This document shows, piece after piece, positions 26,841-32,000 of a stretch of DNA of 32,000 nucleotides (positions are counted from its first letter, which is position 1; each line of letters starts with the position of its first letter). The DNA lies in the NCBI RefSeq assembly GCF_000010065.1, contig NC_006576.1, positions 1,611,138 through 1,643,137 of the forward strand, written 5' to 3'. The DNA is from Synechococcus elongatus PCC 6301. GTDB taxonomy: Bacteria; Cyanobacteriota; Cyanobacteriia; Synechococcales; Synechococcaceae. The position numbers were made by a program, and so were the translations under genes. A model generated the notes under the pieces. It was not told the origin of the DNA. It did no database searches and worked only from the letters and a program-made list of their open reading frames with translations.

Positions 26841-28271
26841 TCAGATGTTAGCATGCGGTTTTGCCTCATCGGACGCTGCAGGTTGCGGCGATCGCAATTG
26901 TCGAATTTCGATAAATTCCAACCGTGGCCCTTCTGCGATCGCCACGCGAATCTGACAATCCTGAAAGTCAAAGCCTTCACCGGCTTCGGGAATTTTCTGT
27001 AACTGCGCTACGACAAATCCACCCAAGGTGTTGTACTCCTCTTCGAGGGGAAGATCCAGTCCTAAGCGCTCATTGACGGTCTCAATGTCCGTTTGAGCCT
27101 GAACCAGCACGGTTTGGTCGTCAATCCGCCGAAACTGTTCATTCTCCTCAGCGTCTTGCTCTTCATCGCCGAGAATTTCCGCCAGAATGTCCTGCAAGGT
27201 CACCAGACCTTCGGTGCCGCCAAACTCATCGACCACAATCGCCATCGGTAGGGGCGATCGCTGCATCTGGGGCAGTAACTCTTTTAGGGAGAGGCCTTCC
27301 GGGACAAAACGGGCTGGTTGCACCCAGGCTTTGACAGGACTGCTGGGCTGAAGTTCGCCGCTGGCCATCGGCACCGCCAAAGCACGAAAGTCGATCAGGC
27401 CTAAGACTTGGTCAAGGCTGTCTCTGATCACGGGAAAGCAAGCATGGCCGGATTCCTGAATCGCAGCCAAAAGATCGAGGAAGGTGGCGTCTTCTTCTAG
27501 CGCCACAATCCGGGTGCGTGGCACCATCACTTCGCCAGCGGTGATTTCACCAAACTCAATCACATTACTGAGAATCTGCCGTTCTTCTGCTTCTAAGCCT
27601 GTCGATTCAGCTGCAGATTGAATGATCCACTGCAGCTCCTCTGGGGTGACGCTGCTATACCAGCGCTGCTGGCTATAGTCGATGCCGAAGAGTCCCAGCA
27701 GGCATCGGGTCGAGCCGTTCAATAGGCTGATCACCGGCGCAAAAATCTGGGCGATCGCAATGCTTGGTGGACCTAAGAGGCGGGCCATCTGTTCTGGGTA
27801 GATCAGTGCGACTGCCTTGGGACAGAGTTCACCTAGGACGATCTGGAGATAGACCAGCAGGGCAAAGGCGAGGGGGATCGCCAGGACATGGCTGAGCGGT
27901 TCTGGCCCGATCGCGGGTAGCGGCAGTTGCTCGAGTGCCTGACGAATCAGAACGGCGATCGTTGATTCTCCGACCCAGCCGAGGGCTAAACTCGCCAGCG
28001 TAATTCCTAGCTGTGTGGTCGAGAGCAGTCGATCAATGCTGCGCTGTAGTCGTTCCACCATGCGAGCGGGAACGTCGCCTTCCTGGGCGAGTTGATTAAT
28101 CCGCGATCGCCGGACGTAGACGATCGCAAACTCCGCAGTCACAAAGAAGGCATTGATGACAATTAGCAGCACGATCGCAGCTCCCCGCCAGAGCCAAGCG
28201 CTCAGTGGTAGATCGGGGCTTGCGGCGATCGCGGCAGTCAAGTCAGGGGTAGGGGCAGGCAGAGGATCCAT
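26841..28271 (-). CDS. CNNM/CorC-HlyC family transporter (DUF21 TM domain, CBS pair, CorC_HlyC domain)
   Basis: 476-aa ORF. The N-terminal 4-TM DUF21 domain has AEFAIV and GELCPKAVA. It is followed by two CBS repeats (VMVPRTRIVAL..., MAIVVDEFGGTEGLVTLQDI) and a C-terminal TLGGFVVAQLQKIPEAGE transporter-associated domain. Confidence 0.9.
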   Translation of the reverse strand: MDPLPAPTPDLTAAIAASPDLPLSAWLWRGAAIVLLIVINAFFVTAEFAIVYVRRSRINQLAQEGDVPARMVERLQRSIDRLLSTTQLGITLASLALGWVGESTIAVLIRQALEQLPLPAIGPEPLSHVLAIPLAFALLVYLQIVLGELCPKAVALIYPEQMARLLGPPSIAIAQIFAPVISLLNGSTRCLLGLFGIDYSQQRWYSSVTPEELQWIIQSAAESTGLEAEERQILSNVIEFGEITAGEVMVPRTRIVALEEDATFLDLLAAIQESGHACFPVIRDSLDQVLGLIDFRALAVPMASGELQPSSPVKAWVQPARFVPEGLSLKELLPQMQRSPLPMAIVVDEFGGTEGLVTLQDILAEILGDEEQDAEENEQFRRIDDQTVLVQAQTDIETVNERLGLDLPLEEEYNTLGGFVVAQLQKIPEAGEGFDFQDCQIRVAIAEGPRLEFIEIRQLRSPQPAASDEAKPHANI

Positions 28272-28277
28272 AACCAG

Positions 28278-28889
28278 CTATTCGTTCAACGCCGGAAGTG
28301 GCACCGGCACACTGCTGCTGGGACTGCCCAGCCAGTGCAGGGTCAATCCTGTTAGGGAACCTTCCATCAGACTTTCAGCAGCTGTCAACTCTAGGGTGAG
28401 GGGTGCATTGGCGCGATCGAGCTGAGCCGGCAAGGTGACTGCCAGCGGAGCCCGATTGCCTTGGCGATTCATTAGCTCAAACCGACCTGCGAGTAAGTCC
28501 ACTGGCTGATCGTCAGCCGGTTCTAGGCGAACTTGCAAGCGCAGTTGTCCGGCTCGACGTTCCACTGTCTCTAGGCTCAACAGCAGTTCACCCCTCGGGG
28601 CTGCGGAGCGATCGCCGCTGTTTTCTGCAGGATCGCGATCGGCGGTAGTATTGCGCTGCGACTGCTGGAGCGCTTGGATCCGTTTGAGAATGGCTTGCTC
28701 TGAGAGAAAGTTAGCGGCTTCAGTGGCTGGCAAAACGCGGGTGGCGAGGGGCGCTGTTTCGGGCGCACGCACCCCAGCCAGCGAGCGCTGACCGATTGTC
28801 CAGCCGACCAGGGCACCCACCACGACCCCAATGCTGCCAATCACCAACAACCACTGACTGTTGGGTGGCAGGCGCTGCAGGCGTGACAT
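28278..28889 (-). CDS. hypothetical single-pass membrane protein
   Basis: ORF 28278..29006 trimmed to the ATG at 28889 (MSRLQRLPPNSQWLLVIGSIGVVVGALVGWTIG...). The longer form would run antisense through the tRNA gene at 28971-29043. It lies 6 nt upstream of the CNNM gene. Confidence 0.55.
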   Translation of the reverse strand: MSRLQRLPPNSQWLLVIGSIGVVVGALVGWTIGQRSLAGVRAPETAPLATRVLPATEAANFLSEQAILKRIQALQQSQRNTTADRDPAENSGDRSAAPRGELLLSLETVERRAGQLRLQVRLEPADDQPVDLLAGRFELMNRQGNRAPLAVTLPAQLDRANAPLTLELTAAESLMEGSLTGLTLHWLGSPSSSVPVPLPALNE

Positions 28890-28970
28890 TGGCGATCGCG
28901 GGTCAACTTGGCCCAAGCAAAAAGTCCTAGGATTTCGCGAGCATTGACCGCTAGTATGGTAGCGAAATCT

Positions 28971-29043
28971 CCAGGGTTGGCCGAGCGGATTAGGCAGCGA
29001 ACTCATAATTCGCTTTAGGCGGGTTCAACTCCTGCACCCTGGA
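28971..29043 (+). tRNA. tRNA with CAT anticodon, most likely tRNA-Ile2 (lysidine type); tRNA-Met not excluded
   Basis: Hand-folded cloverleaf. Acceptor CCAGGGT/ACCCTGG (7 bp). U8. D arm GCC-GAGCGGATTA-GGC. Anticodon stem GCGAA/TTCGC with loop CTCATAA. 5-nt variable loop. T arm GCGGG-TTCAACT-CCTGC. Discriminator A. No encoded CCA. The D arm and anticodon arm closely resemble plastid trnI(CAU) as I remember it. Confidence 0.85.
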
Positions 29044-29087
29044 TTCTGACTTCACAGACTGACTCCCGCGAGACTATCGCCTCGGCT

Positions 29088-29624
29088 TTAGAACAGAGCC
29101 CGAACGGGCGGCGGCGGCAGGGGACGTTGGAAGGCAGGGGCTGGCTGGAAGACCGGAACTACTGGCGTAGGCTGTGCGAGCGGTTGCGGCAGCAGCGAAA
29201 GCGAGGTGTCGAAGGGGTTGTTCGCATCCGCCACGCGCAGCACGGGATCATCAGAGGTTTGGCGATCTTGACCCCAGCGTGTTAGGTCGTTGACGGCAGC
29301 GCCATCGCGACGAATCCGTTCTTCAGGGAAGCCCCCGAAGCCCAGAATGTCGTTGATGTTCCACCAGAGATTGGTGCCGTTGAAATAATAGGGTGAGTTC
29401 CAGAAGTAGGCCCGATTGAAGGCATCATCCAAGGGCACAGGTGGAGCACCCGGCGGGGTGACCGCAGGTGGCGTAACTACCTGATAGGGCTGATAGGGAA
29501 CCGCTGCCGGCGCTTGCTGAGCTTGGCTGGCAGGTGCTGCGATCGCTCCCAGCACGACTGTGCTGAGTAGCGCCAGAGTTCGTGGACAAGAACGCAACTG
29601 AGCCATCACACTGCACACCGCCAT
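29088..29624 (-). CDS. secreted proline-rich hypothetical protein
   Basis: The 178-aa ORF has GAGG 9 nt upstream of the ATG at 29624 and a signal peptide ...LALLSTVVLGAIAAPASQAQ. P/Q/V-rich termini flank a conserved-looking core (AFNRAYFWNSPYYFNGTNLWWNINDILGFGGFPEE). Confidence 0.6.
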   Translation of the reverse strand: MAVCSVMAQLRSCPRTLALLSTVVLGAIAAPASQAQQAPAAVPYQPYQVVTPPAVTPPGAPPVPLDDAFNRAYFWNSPYYFNGTNLWWNINDILGFGGFPEERIRRDGAAVNDLTRWGQDRQTSDDPVLRVADANNPFDTSLSLLPQPLAQPTPVVPVFQPAPAFQRPLPPPPVRALF

Positions 29625-29723
29625 AGAGCTTTGCCTCTAGCTTAGAAGGCTTCTCGCATTTTGCCAGAGGGGAAAGAGAAATGTTAGCCGATAGAATCAA
29701 CAAGTGCCGCTTCTTTCAATGGA

Positions 29724-30332
29724 ATGATGCTGATCTCCGATTCCAGCTGGGCTGTTCAGGCAGATTTACCCCGGTTGCACGATTTGCTCCTCGATCTGCT
29801 CTGCGATCGCCCCTATCGCGAAGGAGATTTTTTGCTGTCTTCCGGCCAGCGCAGCACTTATTACATCAATGGCAAACAAGTGACGCTGCATCCCCAAGGG
29901 GCTGTCGCCGTCGGACGCTTGCTTGCTGCGCGCCTGCCCCAGGAAATTACAGCAGTAGCGGGCCTTACCTTGAGGGCTGATCCGATCGTAACGGCGGTCA
30001 GTGTGGTTGCCGCCTACGCTGGTCGCGATCTGACACCGTTGATTGTGCGCAAGGAAGCCAAAGGGCATGGCACTCAGGCTTATATCGAAGGGCCAGAACT
30101 ACCCGCTGGAACCGCGATCGCTGTCCTCGAAGATGTGGTGACAACCGGAGGATCCGCTCTGAAGGCAGTCACTCGCTTGCGGGATGCCGGCTACGTGGTC
30201 GATCGCGTGCTTGCTTTGGTCGATCGACAGCAGGGCGGGGCCGAACTCTATGCCCAAGAAGGCCTAATCTTTGATGTGCTCTATCGCATCCCCGATCTGC
30301 AGCAGCGCTACCGGGCATTGGCAGCGGATTAA
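29724..30332 (+). CDS. pyrE: orotate phosphoribosyltransferase
   Basis: The 202-aa ORF has REGDFLLSSGQRSTYYINGK and the PRPP-binding loop AVLEDVVTTGGSALKAV. Confidence 0.9.
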   Translation: MMLISDSSWAVQADLPRLHDLLLDLLCDRPYREGDFLLSSGQRSTYYINGKQVTLHPQGAVAVGRLLAARLPQEITAVAGLTLRADPIVTAVSVVAAYAGRDLTPLIVRKEAKGHGTQAYIEGPELPAGTAIAVLEDVVTTGGSALKAVTRLRDAGYVVDRVLALVDRQQGGAELYAQEGLIFDVLYRIPDLQQRYRALAAD

Positions 30333-30375
30333 TTAGTCAGGCGCAGCCTCCGTTAGGGCGCTCCTGATCCCCACA

Positions 30376-31044
30376 TTACGATCGCGGTGTAGCCAATCGA
30401 CTGTCGCAGATTACTTGCTGCTCACCGCGATTGGGGCGACTGACGACGCCAATCATGATGGAAGCGAGGCGTTGTGACTCGGATAGATCAGCCTGCACGG
30501 CGGCTGTGTGGTTGCGATTGGCCGCGATCGCCCTACAAATTTCGGATGTTGTGTTGAGATTGACTTGATTGGCAACACCATCGATCAGCAGATCACCAAA
30601 TTGGCTGGAGTTTTCGGTGTAGCGCCCCTCTGAATTGAAGCTTGGGCCACAGCGGTAAATGGCATGAGGACCTTGCCAGATATGCTGGGGCGTGATGGCT
30701 TGAACTGCATAGGTCACGGTGTAGAGTCCCCCACTGGGGCGCGGGATTTCCAAACTCAGAATCGGTTTGCGAGTGCTTGTATTGCATTGAGCTGTGGCCG
30801 TGAGATCTGCATTGAGAACAATGCGGCGCGATTGATGCATTTCACTACTCATAAAATCCAGTGCTAGACCCAGTTGATTGCGCTGTTTGGCCAGTTCAGC
30901 AGCGCGGCGATCGCTACTTAAGTTGGTTTTAAGAACAAAGCCCCCAGCCAACACGATGATCAGTCCGAGCAGACCACTGACCAATAGCTCTGAGACCGTA
31001 AAACCTGCTGTACTAAGATTCTGGCGACATCCTTTGCAAATCAT
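30376..31044 (-). CDS. type IV pilus minor pilin / pseudopilin (PilW-like) with prepilin N-terminal cleavage-methylation motif
   Basis: In MICKGCRQNLSTAG|FTVSELLVSGLLGLIIVLAGG there is a G-F cleavage site, Glu+5 and a hydrophobic alpha1-N helix. ATGA overlap with the upstream pilin gene. Confidence 0.8.
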   Translation of the reverse strand: MICKGCRQNLSTAGFTVSELLVSGLLGLIIVLAGGFVLKTNLSSDRRAAELAKQRNQLGLALDFMSSEMHQSRRIVLNADLTATAQCNTSTRKPILSLEIPRPSGGLYTVTYAVQAITPQHIWQGPHAIYRCGPSFNSEGRYTENSSQFGDLLIDGVANQVNLNTTSEICRAIAANRNHTAAVQADLSESQRLASIMIGVVSRPNRGEQQVICDSRLATPRS

Positions 31045-31556
31045 GAACCACCATCCTTGACGCAGGTATTTTGTTGAATTGTGCCGAGGCGTATCACGCC
31101 GAGGGGTTGTGAGAGCACCAAGCAGCGTGTGGTGTTAGTCCAGGCATGGCTAAACCGCAACGTGCCGTTGCTGCTGGGGGTCGTGGTGGCAACAGGAGAA
31201 AAAGTGACACTGGCTAAGCTGCCGCTGACTGTGACACCAAGGTCAAAACCCATGCCTGAGTCACTGAGCGATCGCCCCATACTGACCAGACAATCGGGAG
31301 GATTGGCGGTAGCGAGATTATTGGCAAAAGTGACTTGACAGGTGCGATTGGTTCGTTGGGCCTCACGCTTGAGAATCATTAACTGGGCTTGGGCATTGGT
31401 TTGAGCGAGCCGAGTGGCATAATCGCCCCACATACCCGCCATCGATGGAAAGGAAACAGCCGCAAGAATGGTGCTAATCGTGAGGGCTGTTAGGGTTTCA
31501 ACGACGGTGAAGCCCGACTGAATTTGAGCGCGCGAGGCAGGAGTTTGCAGGTCCAT
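31041..31556 (-). CDS. type IV pilus minor pilin / pseudopilin (GspH/FimT-like)
   Basis: MDLQTPASRAQIQSG|FTVVETLTALTISTILAAV is a prepilin motif with Glu+5. The following AQAQLMILKREAQRTNRTCQVTF resembles the GspH/FimT core. Confidence 0.8.
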   Translation of the reverse strand: MDLQTPASRAQIQSGFTVVETLTALTISTILAAVSFPSMAGMWGDYATRLAQTNAQAQLMILKREAQRTNRTCQVTFANNLATANPPDCLVSMGRSLSDSGMGFDLGVTVSGSLASVTFSPVATTTPSSNGTLRFSHAWTNTTRCLVLSQPLGVIRLGTIQQNTCVKDGGS

Positions 31557-31653
31557 CGTGGGCCCCTAGCAGCTTGACTGATTTCAAGTGTCTGCGCGGG
31601 AAGATAATGACCAAAAGGACTAAAATTTTTCCTTCCGGATCATGAGATTTTTG

Positions 31654-31675
31654 TTCATTAATTCTTAGTAATGAA
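31654..31675. promoter_or_regulatory. perfect 7-bp inverted repeat TTCATTA-N8-TAATGAA in the AT-rich region upstream of the minor-pilin operon
   Basis: Read directly, about 100 bp upstream of the 31556 start codon. The function is unknown, and chance occurrence in AT-rich DNA is possible. Confidence 0.3.
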
Positions 31676-31800
31676 TAATGATTACCTGCTTTTGTTTCAT
31701 CAGGTTCTCAGGTTTTTACTCTAGGAAGACTGAGATTGATGCTGATGGCGATAGTTGAACTCTCGTTGTTTCCACTGCTCAGAGTTGCGATCGCAGCTGA

Positions 31801-32000
31801 CTAGGCGACGCTTGTTTCTTGTGGCACAGCGCTGGCGAGAGGAGCGGACATCAAAACGCCAGGCTCGCCTTGCTTCGGCAGTACCTGCAAAATGTCTACG
31901 CGACTGCAATAGTCAAGGTCTGCCTCGCATTTGAGTCGCAGCAAGCGTTGGCCATGGCTCGCTTGGCAAAGTAGGCCGTAGAGATTGTGCTCCCAGTGTT
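31801..32000 (-). CDS. possible 3' end of an unidentified gene entering from the right window edge
   Basis: The minus-strand frame is open from the edge to TAG (31803-31801): [65 protein letters not shown]. Codon usage looks host-like and I recognise no motif. Confidence 0.3.
   Translation of the reverse strand, partial: HWEHNLYGLLCQASHGQRLLRLKCEADLDYCSRVDILQVLPKQGEPGVLMSAPLASAVPQETSVA

Larger units (their letters stand above)
1..32000. repeat. dispersed HIP1 octamer palindrome GCGATCGC (cyanobacterial highly iterated palindrome)
   Basis: About 74 copies counted by eye, for example at 151-158. Three overlapping doublets GCGATCGCGATCGC occur at 10240-10253, 22087-22100 and 24517-24530. Roughly one copy would be expected by chance in 32 kb. 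Confidence 0.9.

Noticed and set aside
28890-29006. Upstream extension of the 28278..29006 ORF
   Set aside because: It runs antisense across the tRNA(CAU) gene at 28971-29043. The internal ATG at 28889 gives a sensible N-terminus with basic residues followed by a TM helix.
28971-30375. Possible tRNA-linked genomic island downstream of tRNA(CAU)
   Set aside because: There is no integrase, no direct repeat of the tRNA 3' end and no compositional shift. The neighbouring genes (a secreted Pro-rich protein and pyrE) look native.
1-32000. Search for defence, mobile or accessory systems (restriction-modification, TA, CRISPR-Cas, CBASS/retron-like genes, transposases, phage remnants)
   Set aside because: Every ORF longer than 100 aa that is not nested in another gene can be assigned to a housekeeping family or to small membrane or secreted hypotheticals. 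No nuclease, ATPase, reverse-transcriptase or integrase signatures were seen. The window looks like core chromosome around oriC.

Overview
This is a 32-kb chromosomal window with the compositional signature of Synechococcus elongatus. G+C is about 55% and the HIP1 octamer GCGATCGC occurs roughly every 400 bp (about 74 copies by eye). From memory and unverified, the gene order matches the PCC 7942/6301 lineage across the dnaN origin. The window is centred on the chromosomal replication origin. A minus-strand dnaN / PRC-barrel gene / purL / purF cluster sits on the left. A 9693-9957 cluster of eleven DnaA boxes sits in the dnaN-HAD hydrolase intergenic region. The rest is mostly housekeeping: argG (partial), a YtxH/DUF948 membrane trio, a nucleobase-type permease, thrC, cbiX-cobA, xthA, thrS, ctaCDE divergent from ctaA-ctaB, and pyrE. 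Also present are a MIF-type tautomerase coupled to a GT-B-like gene, a CNNM/Gfo-Idh-MocA/CYTH operon, one tRNA(CAU), several small secreted proteins and a two-gene minor-pilin operon. I call 33 CDS (two truncated by the window edges), 1 tRNA, oriC sub-elements, one good intrinsic terminator and some repeats. I see no transposase, integrase, CRISPR array, toxin-antitoxin pair or recognisable defence gene, so I cannot support a claim of a new multi-gene system here. The items most worth follow-up are these. (1) An oriC sub-architecture resembling the Bacillus DnaA-trio basal unwinding module (AT-rich tract, TAGTAGTAG, GC cluster, two abutting DnaA boxes). (2) A 4.5-kb low-GC, HIP1-poor block containing ctaCDE and a stand-alone protein made of four MshEN/GspE-N-like 24-residue motifs. 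(3) A PRC-barrel protein in the dnaN operon ending in an SSB-tip-like acidic tail. (4) A tautomerase / GT-B-like pair coupled by a TGATG overlap. (5) An orphan minor-pilin pair. All functional calls come from reading translated motifs by eye, and no database search was possible.
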